Source: Camelus dromedarius
Lineage: Eukaryota
Direction: 5' to 3'
Length of the DNA: 64,000 nucleotides
Assembly (NCBI RefSeq): GCF_036321535.1
Contig: NC_087437.1
Location: forward strand, 57,972,001 to 58,036,000
Within the stretch, counting starts at the first letter, position 1. Every line of letters starts with the position of its first letter. Positions 26,470-37,818 of the stretch are shown here, in pieces. The notes under the pieces were generated by a model. The model had not been told where the DNA came from and did not search any database. It saw only the letters and a program-made list of their open reading frames with translations. The position numbers and the translations under genes were made by a program.

Positions 26470-28080
26470 AATCCGTTGAAAGCAACACTTGAAGTGAGAA
26501 AAGACCAAATATCCTTTCTGAGACAAAACTCGGACCCACCCATATATTTGAAGAATTGCTGCCAGGTTGGTGAAGTTTGGACCAGGGACGGGAGGCTGCG
26601 GGGGAAGCATGCGCACTACGGAGCTCAAGTGGCAGCAGCCGACCGGGTGCCTCTAAAATACGCGGGGCATGAACGAGGGCAAATCATTGACGTTTTCTTT
26701 GGAGATGTGGAAGCAGCTTCGGGGAACCCCACTGAATCCCTTTCAATACCACAGAGAGGCAAAGGAATCAAGGACAAATGAGGAAAGGGACAGAAGAAAA
26801 GAAGCTTCCAACATGCAACTCCTGGTACCACGTGACAGGGTTGGAGAGAAGCTGTGTTGGGCAGGAAGCTCTGCAGTGACTAATCCTTCTCAGCCAAAAG
26901 GAACAGAACCTGACCACTTACAACCACCAGCCTGTTTCATGTGCACTTCATTCTGAGCCAGAGGGAACGCCTGGCCCCTCCACACTGTCCTGTTGCAAAT
27001 AACTGGCCCAGGAAGAATTCACTTCATTCAAAACCCAAGGCACATGCTGTGGGTGGGCACCGCCAGATGCGGTGGTTAATTTTACCAAAACTTTCTGAAA
27101 ATAAAACACATCTGCCAGTATAGGAGGGGAGAAGGCATGGACAACACTTTCAGCAAGATTCCCCCCAAAGCATCTGTGACCGAACCATCAATAGCAGTAG
27201 GACCTGCATGAAATGACCGTCGTGTGGTGGAAGTCCACTACTGTATCCTAAAAGCCATCGAAACTGAAAAGTTGCCGACAAGTGCTCACCCCCAAGAAGA
27301 GAAACAGCACCCTGATGGAAAATCAGGATGGATCGTGCTGAGAAATACCCAACAGGGAAAGGCTCTCACAAGGTCAGTGTTTTGGTAAATACAGCAACAA
27401 CAAGCACAAAAGTCGTGTGATGAAAAAGTGCTAAGGCTGCCTGGGCCCCTGAAAATCTCAGAAATAGCCACCAAGCCTTCTTTTCCAGAAGGATAAAGCC
27501 CTATCTTAGAGGAAAATCGTGGACACAGATACCAAATTGAGCAGAGCCAGGACAATGAAGATTAAAAGAGGGAAGGCTCAGAGGAAGCAGATCCCAGAAA
27601 GTCCTGGAACAGCAGAACACAGTCTGAAGCGGAGAGCACCCACTGGGCAGCAAGGCCTGTGGTGCGGACACTGGAACACACAGGGCTGAAGGCAGAGAAT
27701 GTCGCTGAATCCAGCAAGGCCACAGAAAGGCTGTAGTAAGTTTCTTACAGTAATAACAGAGGAGTCATTGCGCTAGGAAGCTGGAAATATATCCACTCCA
27801 TCCCTCCCACCCAGCAGGAAACTCCTAATAACCCAGAAAAAGGCCTTATTGACGCATGGGTAACACAAAGGACACAATTTAACCCCATATAATACAGATT
27901 ATAAGAAAAAATATAAGAACAGAAAAAATTATAAGAACAGAAAAAACGTGCCCACAAATCAGGTGACAACTAAAATGACACAAATGAACTAAAATACATT
28001 AAGAAAATTATTGTACCTTTGAAAGAACAACACAAATCAGAAATGGAGACTCTCAGAAATTAGCTCTTCAAGCTAATATG
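26470..28080 (+). mobile_element. Probable old L1 5'UTR/ORF1 remnant
   Basis: GC-richer 5' part grading into A-rich ORF1-like sequence that resumes after 29290; no intact ORF. Confidence 0.4.
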
Positions 28081-28081
28081 C

Positions 28082-28083
<2 letters not shown>

Positions 28084-28137
<54 letters not shown>
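28084..28137 (+). repeat. (AC)n microsatellite, about 27 units
   Basis: Uninterrupted AC run, read directly. Confidence 0.97.
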
Positions 28138-28138
<1 letters not shown>

Positions 28139-28249
28139 TCTTCATGTGGATCCCTTCCATGTTTGGCTTCATCTAGTAGTTTTGGGCTGAATTGTTTGAA
28201 GAAAGGAAATTTTGTTTTCTTAATTATTGCCAGGGTTCTCTTGGTAGTG

Positions 28250-29290
28250 TTTGTGTTTCCACCAGGAGGACCTGGGAGAAGTAACATACCAGTAGCAATA
28301 GTACACCCGGAACTCAGATCTTGGTTTCTAAATACCATTTCCTACTAAAAGGAACTGGTATTCCTTGGAAAAATAAGTAATTCCAGGCTTGCCATAGGGA
28401 AAGTTCAAGATAAGCCAGGAACATCTTATTGTGCATGAAAAGAAAGAAGTGGTAAGTGAATTCAAAAGGATCCAGAAGCCATCTTTAAGAGATCCCCACT
28501 GGCCAAATCTGGGACAATGTGAACATTAAAATTAACAATGATAATAATGGATGATAAGACATTAAATTTAAAAATCCACATGTCCATCCTAATTTAAACA
28601 AATGAATTAAGTAATAATATGTTGAGGAATAGGATATTTATATAGTTTGAAAGTAACTCCTTACAAAACACTTTGAGAAAAAAATTAACAATAGAGAAAC
28701 CTGGTATACAACATTGTAATCACGTGGTCAAGCGGACATTGCCAGTAATAGGAAAGTCTAAATAATGTACCATGGGATGGGATGCATTAAGAACTCAGTA
28801 TCGATTTTGTTTTTACTGTCAGTGATGCAAAAATTACTTCTAAACATGCAGGAAACACTGACAAGTCTAAACTGAGGGGCATCCTATAAATTAACTAGCT
28901 TGTAACCTTCAAAATTGTCAAGGCCCTAAAAGCTAAGGGAAGACTGAGAAATGGTCCTAGACAGCTAAGCAGCCTAAAGAATCGTGATAATTAAACAACA
29001 TGAGCATCTGAGCCGGATCCTTCTGCTATAAAAGACATTGCTGGGGATATTGGCCCAATTTGAATGGAATTTGGGGATTAGATAGTAACAATACATCAGT
29101 GTAAATTCCCTAACTTTGATGGTGGTGTTGCAGGAAGGTAGAAAAATCTCCTTGTTAGCAGGATATACACATGAGTATTTGTTGGGAATGAGGCATCATG
29201 TCTACAAATTACTCTCAAAGCACCTGGGAAAATGTCTTTGTATTGAATCGTCAAATTTTCTGTAAGTTTGACATTGTTTCAAAAAAAGAA
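28250..29290 (+). mobile_element. L1MC/L1MD-like 3' end
   Basis: cagatcttggtttctaaataccattt...cccactggccaaatctgggacaat...aaattttctgtaagtttgacattgtttcaaaa. Confidence 0.75.
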
Positions 29291-29391
29291 TAAATTAGAA
29301 GGAAGAATAGACACATAGAATGTAGAGCAAAGGAAATGAAAAATGATAAGAAATAAAGTAAATAAAGCAGAACATTAGAAAAAATATTTTA

Positions 29392-29548
29392 GGGGAGGGT
29401 ATAGCTAAAGCAGTAGAGTGTGTGCTTAGCATCCAGGAGGTCCTGGGTTCAATCCTCAGTACCTCCTCTAAAAATACATAAACCTAATTACCTCCCCCAC
29501 CCCCACCAAAATAAAATAATTAAATACTACAATTTAAAAAAGAAGAAT
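29392..29548 (+). mobile_element. tRNA-derived SINE, camelid vic-1-like
   Basis: ggggagggtatagct...gtagag (A box), gtcctgggttcaatcc (B box), aacctaattacctcccc and an A-rich tail. 13-bp target-site duplication aaaaaatatttta at 29379-29391 / 29549-29561. Confidence 0.88.
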
Positions 29549-31353
29549 AAAAAATATTTTAAGACAATGACAGATATGGATGACCAACAAGGAAATAGAA
29601 TATGGGTACTAATAGAATCTCAGAAGAAAAAAACCAAAACAAAAACAAATATTTAAAACTATAGCTTAAGAAATTTTTCTAAAATTAAAAAAGACTTGAA
29701 AATATAGGCTGAAGTGAAACTCCAGGGAATGGGTAAATATTTCTCAGAATGGTCAAACCCATACCTATTCTAATGAGGAATTTCAATGTTAGAAAAAATA
29801 AAAAACACAGGAGGGGTAATCCTAACAGAAGAAAAATGGCGTTGGGAGCAAAAATCAACAGTCAACTTAACAACAAGAAAAATGATTTTGAGTGGTTTTC
29901 CTTGGCTCTTGGTGAGTTCATAGGTGTTATCAATACTGCTCCGTTGTAAATAAATGATTCTTAACAGAGGGAGCATTGTTGCATAACAGTATTTCAGAAT
30001 TAGGAGAATGTGTAGCTTGAAAAAGCATAACCTGCAAATTTATTTTTAAACCCCCTAATATCTATAATTTTCATAATACAAACCTCAGAACGCTTGTCAA
30101 AATATTTTTGGCTGGCTGGCAGGAATATTCAGAAGACAATGATTCTAACAAATAATAGGAAAGGAGAAAAGGGATGTCAAAGAGATTCGCATAAGGAGAG
30201 GCTAAAACATGAGGTTTTGTGTTTATCAGAAGATTGTAGGATATTTGAAGGTGGGAAGTGTCAGGGAATTTCATGTAATGTCCTGGGACCATTCTACATT
30301 CTACACAGCTCGTGTTGCAAACAATATAAAGATGATTAAGTCTGGGGATAAAACATGTGGAAAATGAAGCAGCCAAAGCCAAAGGTCAGAGACATAGTGC
30401 AGGACCTTCACTGTGAAGATGAGGACACCGTTCTTGGGCTTTCTATTGTACCTTTGTTGTGATTCTTTCCCACACTATTGGCATCATAGAAAAACACGAA
30501 ATGCCTGGAAGTTCAGTACAACAGCAGGGAAGGATCTCGCCGGCGGGGGTCCTGGCCTGATCTTGTCAGAGTCACAGGATTATGACGGAAGACATAGCCC
30601 CAGAGGTTTCTACCTCGAGGTGAACACATAGTCGTCAGAGATCAAATTTAAGCAGATTACATACCCAGTCTAGTCTTACCCTCTGGTCACGTAAACCCCA
30701 AATAGTTTTTTCCCTCATAGAAATCTCATATAAAAAAGCCAAACAAAATTGTTGTGTGAGTTAGCCAAGGTCAATGCTATATTTAGCAACTTGAGCCAAA
30801 AAAGGTTTCAACTTTCCAGAAAAAATTTTTTTGTAAGCAACAGTTTTAAAAAATGCCACAAACACAGCTGTGCAGAGGGCACAGAGAGATCTGTACCTGT
30901 GACCACGAGACTGGCCTTGGGGGCCTTTCAGAACAATGATGCCACCCTGGAGTGAAATTTTTAAAAGAAGGGGGAGGTTAAGAGGAGGGGATAAGGAGAA
31001 GGAGAATGGAATAAGTAAAAGCAATGTCTTCCCAATGAATCTGGCTTATTGGAGCATTCCCAAATGTCCATCCGTCTCAGTTCATCTGGAGCCCCTGCCT
31101 GGGTCTACAAATCCCGTCTGCCATAAATTGCCACCAGTGACCCTTCCCTCGTGTCCAGCTTGTATCTCTGAGTTTATTCTCCCTCTACGGCCAACCACTC
31201 TTCATGGAGAGGCCCTTAGAGGTCACAGATCTCACTCCTCTACTGACAAATGATAAGAGCAAACAAGACCCACAGAAGGGAAGAGGACTGTTGTTTGGTG
31301 AATTTCAATAAGCATTATAGAGTGTACCTTCGCCACAGAAGAGCTGATGTGTT

Positions 31354-31839
31354 TGCTAGAGGAGATCATCAGGAGGATATTGGGGTTTTTTTTCTTTTTA
31401 ATTTATTTTTTACGGACATATGGGAGAATATTGTTGAGTCCAGTTGACTCAAGAGCTGGACCCTGGCAATCAGAGGCTCCTCACCCCTCCTCTCGTCTTC
31501 GAAATGTATGTGCTCTGCCCACCATTCCCACACATAGGAGCCGTTTCACGGATGAAGACTTGAGAGAGTGAAGCATTGTCCAGACCATCTGGACTGAATA
31601 TGGACTGAAGCTTGTTAGGGCCTCTATGTAAACTTAAAGATTCTGGGGGACAGGCATGGAGCTCTCCTCCTCCTGCAGCCGCATAAGACAAGCCTTGCCT
31701 CAAATATACGTTCTCTTCCTATTAAACCTGCCACTTACCAATCTGGAGCTGTGTGTCCCTTTCTTCAGTCTCTCCCTGTCCTCTGTGTATAGGGGCCAAT
31801 TTCAGATTTCACCTGGGAAACTCCCATGGTGATGAAACA
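31354..31839 (+). mobile_element. Solo LTR (same family as 24451-24834)
   Basis: Shares ggcaatcagaggc, ctgcccaccattcccaca, agaccatctggactgaata, aagattctgg, tattaaa-ctgccac and ggggccaat with the reverse complement of the 24.5 kb copy; TG...CA ends. Confidence 0.78.
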
Positions 31840-32569
31840 AATGCTTGACTTTAGTTTTAATAATTCTTATTATCACATGTAATGGAAAGTTGTTTTTGTA
31901 TTTATTTATTCCCATAAGTAAGAGCTTGGCTCATCATGACAAATATTTGCTTCCATTCTCCAAGCATAGCTGGTGTTGAGGCTGGAAGAAACAAGGGCCA
32001 GAAACAAACGTCTGTTTATTTCAAGACAGTCATAACCAAGAAATGCTGTCTTGTCCCTTGGGTCCAAACTTAAATCATCACTAAAGTCATCCCAGTCTTT
32101 AACTTACTGATAACCTATGAAAGCTTCTTTAAGAGTGTGATTTCTATGAAAAGATTTATAAATGTAAATCATAACTGTATAGGTTTATACAAGTGGTAAG
32201 ATTTTATAAAAGTTTAGCCAAACTTTTAACAAATGCCCAGAAATTTTTTTAAATACCATCAAATTACAAAACCCCCTAAACTACTGAAATACTGTTCTAA
32301 AAATATGAGATATTCTATTTCACTTGTCTTCATCAATGCCTTCTGAAAGATCCATTAAAGGTGTTGGTTGTCTATCATTAATAGCTAATTTTTAAATTTC
32401 ACTAAGTCCCTAACTACACATTTTTTTCTTTCCAAAGACAGTACGTCTCTAGCTACATCTTTAAAAAAGAGTTGTGTTTTGCTAATAGTTAACAGGTCTC
32501 CTGCTGCTCATTCTTCTGAGCTCAGTAATTAAAATGAAATAATTTTTGTTAGGATTTCACCATGTTTGC

Positions 32570-33050
32570 TTAAATTTTTTGTTGCAATATTTTAACGTAA
32601 GTTACAGAGATACTGTTTCACTCCCTAATACTTCAGCATGCATCTTTAAATAATTTAAGTATATTTTCTTATATAATCACAATACCATTATCACACACCT
32701 GACAAAACTTATCAGTAATTCCTTAATACCATACTCAAAATCCCCAAATTATTCCAAAAATTTTTTACGGCTGGTTTGTTCAAATCAGTACCCTTTGAAG
32801 GATCGTGAGTAGCATTTGTGCAGTATGTAACTCTAAAACACCTGCTCCCTCTTTTTATACCATGGCATTAATTGTTGAACAGTCAAGACCGGTTGTCTAC
32901 AGGATAATCTGCTTTCTGAATTTATTTCCTTATTGTGCCTCTTAAGATGTTTCTCTAGTTCCTGTACTCCTGATGAAGTAGAAGTTGTAACAAAAGCTTG
33001 AATACATTCACTATTGGCAAAAATCTTTCACTGGTGACACTGCTGCTTTG
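32570..33050 (-). mobile_element. Old L1 (L1MC/ME-like) 3' remnant
   Basis: aatacttcagcatgcatct...ttcttatataatcacaataccattatcacacacc...gtaattccttaata. Confidence 0.6.
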
Positions 33051-34998
33051 TATTTGGTCCATTCCCTCTCCCAACCAGAAACCTTCCCGTAAGTGGTCAT
33101 CTCTCTTCTCCCAGGATCTGTGGGTGACAGAAAATTAACTTTCTCTATATGATCCATCTACTCTGCTGACAAAAAGCTCCGAAGAAAAGTTTGCCCCAGG
33201 TCCTGTTATTTATGGCTTACCTTTTATCTAAATGCAGGTCCTCTGTAAATGCACATAATAGAATTTATCCCAAATAATAAAAGTAGATACTAATATCAGA
33301 GGCAGGGTGGCATAGTCAAGAGTTCTTAATTTTGGAAACAAATAGTTACAAATGTTGGCTCTGCCCTACCACTTAATTGTCTACAGAACTTTGAACAAAT
33401 TATCTGATTTCTGAATCTTGGTTTCCTTAAATGTTTAAAGTTATTGGGAGACGTAAATAGATTCACGAGTAAAAGCATCTAGCAAGACCTGCACTAGCAA
33501 GTATTCAGTAAACGTTTGCTGTGACCCCGACGTATACTGGTGCAACTAAAAAGATTTTTAAAAGTAATATTCTGCCAAAATGAATACTCTATGTGTGTAA
33601 ATAGATGGATTTATAGATTTAAAATTGAGATTATTTTGGAAACAGAGGCAATCTTAGATTGTGAAAGCCAGAAAGGAAGGGAACAGCTACCTCAATTCTG
33701 TGTTTACAGATAAGGATGCAAACTGAAAGAAATGTTTTTGCTTCTACCCACACATAGCTCCCTTAAGCTTTGGTGATTCATTGGTAGAGCAGAAAATGGC
33801 AGATGAAAAAGTATTAATGTGCCCACCCTTATCAAGCCACATTGTGAATCCACTCCTCTTGAAAGGAGAGGGAAGGTGGTCTAGAGATGCAAACATTTTC
33901 ATTTCAGCTGCCATACCAATACATGCATGTTTAAAGATCTTTGGATGATGCTTTTATACGAGGGATGAAGATTTTTCTGAAATTTCTTCATTATTCTTAA
34001 CCACAAACATCCAGGCATGTGGTCTCCCTGACGTTTGATGAATGCCAGGACCCAACTTGGGGTTGAAAACTACCAACCCAAACTCAGAAAGCCAGGGTCA
34101 CACTACATTAGCATGAAAGTTCAGGGCCATATGGCAAATGGTGCAGTCTATGAAACATGCTGCTTTTGAACTTATTGCTGATAGGATATCACGATAAAAT
34201 GAGCAGAGAGAAATGCAATTATTATAGCTAAAAGTTTTACAGCTTGATTTCTACCATGTATAATGTATGTTTTCTTGAAAAAGACAGTTTTCCAGCTAAT
34301 GAACAGAAGGTAGGATTCTAGACGTTGCAAATAATTTTCCATTGGTGAATATTTATTCTAAACAATGTTTAGATCATGGTTTTTTGTTTATCTATTGAAA
34401 TTACAGCATTAAGAAGTAACTGTTAAAAATTGGCTATCTTCCTCATAGAGGAACATTAACTGTATCGATTCTGTTTAAAGCTACATACATATTTACCTGA
34501 TATTAATAAAGTAACAGGACCAGGAAATGACGCCATCCTGTTCCTTTAGTGTAAGTAGTAATTAGTGCTCCAGTTAATGGCAAAAAGGTTTAGCCTCCAG
34601 ATTAGAACATGGGGAGTATGAATGTAAGTCTCTTCCTGATTCCCAATAATGACCATTTGGGAAGTGGAGTAGCTGGACAAGCAGTCCCTTGGGTGACTCA
34701 GAGGAAAGGGTTCTGGAGAGCATTTTCAGGATGGAGTTCAGTATCTGCCCCAAAGCACTGCAGAGCTCTGGAGCAGCAGGAAGCCCTGAACCAGCAGCTG
34801 CTGCTAAATACAACCTTCATTTTCCTTCCCAGCCATCCTGCCCAAGGCTGAGCTCCCAAGTCAGGAAACTGTTTTCAGCAAGGTAATGATCTGATCCAAA
34901 ATAACCAACACTGAGCTGTGACTAGCCAACGGGCTTAATCCCCCCAGGAAGTGTTACAAAACACCTTAAAGAAACCTCCAATTCGTGATGTGAAAGCA

Positions 34999-35040
34999 GT
35001 GTGTGTGTGTGTGTGCGTGTGTGCGCGCGTGCGCTTGTGT
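34999..35040 (+). repeat. (TG)n/(CG)n alternating purine-pyrimidine tract
   Basis: gtgtgtgtgtgtgtgtgcgtgtgtgcgcgcgtgcgc, read directly. Confidence 0.9.
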
Positions 35041-35990
35041 TTATAACGGGGTTGGCAAAGAAGTCACTAAGGGTTCTTCAAGTAGCTCCAGAAGCCTCGT
35101 CCCTGTTTCCTCACATCTCTGTCTGAAAGGAAATGAGCCACACACGCCTGCCTCTCATTTTCTCTGAAATAACTAGTCATTTCAGGGATATTCTTATTTT
35201 TAAAATGCCTGGTCCTCTTTCGCTCCATCCACTCTGAAACCAACCTTTCCTTGCATCTTTAGATCTTCCATTTCAGATGAGAAAGCCATAGTGTCCAGAA
35301 TAATCTACTGTTGAAACATGTAAAACCAGGTCCCACCAGAGAATTGAAGTCCCGTTGAGTTATTGCTTATAAATTCCCACACCCCCCCAAAACCCAGACA
35401 TAAATAATATTAAAATTATGACTGCTGCCTTCGGGCATTTTATATTGTACTCAAAACAGAAATTGTTCTAACCAGTCTTCTGGGCGTCAGAAGGACAGAA
35501 GGTCAGTAACTCAATGACTGGCTTACATTTCGGACAAGAAAAGGTATCAGACTACATCCCATTTCTGCTCACCTTCAACAATGTCTGACTTGAGAGCCCT
35601 TGGTTTACAGTACTCACAGCAAATTCCGAGTGCCTCCTCTTTCGTGTCCAGGGTGCATGCTGCTGCCCCAGCATTCCACGCTAGGATCCTGAGCATAACC
35701 CTGACTGGAGCAGCTGATAGTATATGCCCAACCCCTAATTTATGACTGTGGCCAGGGAAATGGTTATGTTGACTGGCCTACACTAGTCAGGGTGCATCTC
35801 TGGAGCTGGGGATGAAGTAATTTCTCAAGGACGCAGATTACACGCAGGATCGGTAGATTACTAATAGGAAAACTGGAGAAAAGGCTGAATAGCTGGATCA
35901 CCTGGCCTGAAAGACAACAGCAAGCCATAGGCTATATTTACTGAAAATTACTGTTGATATTACTAAATAAGAAAATGGTTTCCAGCTTAC

Positions 35991-36042
35991 AAACTAACAA
36001 AAAACAACAACAAAATTCCAAGGCCAGTATGTTTCTTTTATT
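35991..36042 (-). terminator. Polyadenylation signal AATAAA plus GU/U-rich downstream element
   Basis: tttatt at 36037-36042 is AATAAA on the minus strand. Minus-strand ttttgttgttgttttttgttagttt (36015-35991) follows about 20 nt later, which is canonical spacing. Confidence 0.8.
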
Positions 36043-36553
36043 ATCATCATTTTTGTGTTCGACTTAAGGTGGTTGAATGATTTCATTTTCACTGATAAGC
36101 ATTACATTAATTCCCATGCAAAAACCAAGACCGCATATGCCTAATTTCCATTGGCCAAAATCCAACCTGTGAGTCTGGACATTCAAGAGCAAAATCAAAG
36201 TGTTGCTTGGCCTTTTCAGTTGTAGACATCACGGTCATCCTTGGAGAGGCCGGCAGGCCCCTGACCTCCCAAACACTACAGTTGGCCATGAGTCCATACC
36301 AAGACAGAGAGCCGATGTCCTGCAGCACCTGACCCTGGCAAGTAATTTCATCTGTGAGGACAGGACACCTCTACACCAAGGCTGACACTCACAGTTAGTT
36401 CCTGGTTCCCACTCCACAGCAAAACCTGCTTCTGAACAGGCATGGTATCTATTTGGGGATTATTACTAATTTGTCCTGCCAGTTTTCCTCAAGACCCTCA
36501 GTAGAAGCAGAGACTTTACAAAAAAGTTTACCTCTATAGCTTCAAAAGAAATA

Positions 36554-36751
36554 CAGTTGACCCTTGAACAAGGTGGGGTTGGGGCACCAACCCCTGTGTG
36601 GTTGAAAGTCCATATATAACTTTACGGTTGGCCCTCTATCCATGGTTCCAAATCCATGTATTCAACCCATCGTGTATTCAGACTGTAGAGTTCTGTAGTA
36701 TGCATTTGGTGAAAAATCCACATATGAGTGGTCCTGTTCAAGGATCAACTG
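36554..36751. mobile_element. Tigger2-family MITE (MER8-like), 198 bp, inside the MB21D2 3'UTR
   Basis: 17-bp terminal inverted repeats CAGTTGACCCTTGAACA / TGTTCAAGGATCAACTG (1 mismatch); TA duplication at 36552-53 and 36752-53. Confidence 0.9.
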
Positions 36752-37787
36752 TACATACAAAAGCAACTACTTTATCAAGTACGTATCTTCCCCAGCTTCA
36801 GATAAAGTCAGTTAGCAGGTATAAAGCTTTAAAAACTTCTCTCAGTAAGACAGGAACCAGGAATATCAAAGAGGGCAAAACAGGACCCCACAATTAAAGG
36901 AGAACTAAACAAATGCAAAAAATCATTCTATTGATTAAGAGAAATGGGCTAAATGAAGAAATGACAGCATTTCAACAGTAGATGTCAATTTATACTGAAA
37001 CACACGCATTGGGACTCTGACAATGGCAAAGATTTCATTAGTGCAAATAACAAGTATAATGGTATGTTCTTTAATAGGATTTAAATAAGGCTTCAAATAA
37101 TTACACACACTAAAACTATCATTTGGAAACCTTAATTGTATTTGGAAAGTTGTCGAAGACACCTTCCAAACCATCCAAAGTTCTGATTTGAGGACAATTA
37201 CATTCAATGAAGTTGCTCCAAACACAATTTGTAGCATTATCAAAGTCTACATTGTTTGGCGAAGACTGGGAAACTACCCTGGCCACTGGTCAAAAGGAAG
37301 AAATTCAACTAACGTACCAGGCAGTTCCCAGATTCAGGTGGTTTTCAAATATCTGTACTGATGAACGCTCATTTGAAAAAATAAAGACAAAAAAAAAAAA
37401 AAAACCCCAAAAAACCCAAAAAATAAGAGAATCCTGAAGCATCAGTATGAGATTTGTTTCCCCACTTCCATTAACAAATTTGCACAAAGTATGAAACAGA
37501 AAAAAAGCAAGAGAATTCATGGGCTTTGTCATCTATGGCTCAAGTTCTCCTTAAAAAACAAACAAAAAACCCCACTAAAACAAACAATGTGACAATAACT
37601 ACAAAAAAGTAAACAACAAAATCAGAGGCAGAATACGAAATAGTAATATTCTGATTCAGATCCTGCACCATCCTGCAGAACCAGGAAACTTAAAGTGTGT
37701 TCTTAACAGATCCAAACCTGGCTGGATATGTAAAAAACGGAAAGAACGCATCACAAACCACACTACAGAACAGGAGAGTTTTAGAAC

Positions 37788-37802
37788 GGGGGGGGGGGGG
37801 GG
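37788..37802 (+). repeat. G15 homopolymer (C15 in the mRNA)
   Basis: Read directly; begins 17 nt after the stop codon. Confidence 0.9.
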
Positions 37803-37818
37803 AAGGCAGCAAAGATGC

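Larger units (their letters stand above)
36018..37818 (-). other. MB21D2: MB21D2 3'UTR (3' end approximate)
   Basis: Runs from the stop codon to the inferred polyA site; U-rich on the minus strand. Confidence 0.75.

Noticed and set aside
29392..29470. tRNA-like sequence (also at 39860-39936 and 55729-55800)
   Set aside because: Has A-rich tails and target-site duplications and is dispersed in diverged copies, so these are SINE heads rather than tRNA genes.
1..36000. FGF12 coding exons expected by synteny
   Set aside because: No FGF-like peptide appears in the ORF track (which omits short exons), and non-coding exons cannot be called from sequence alone.
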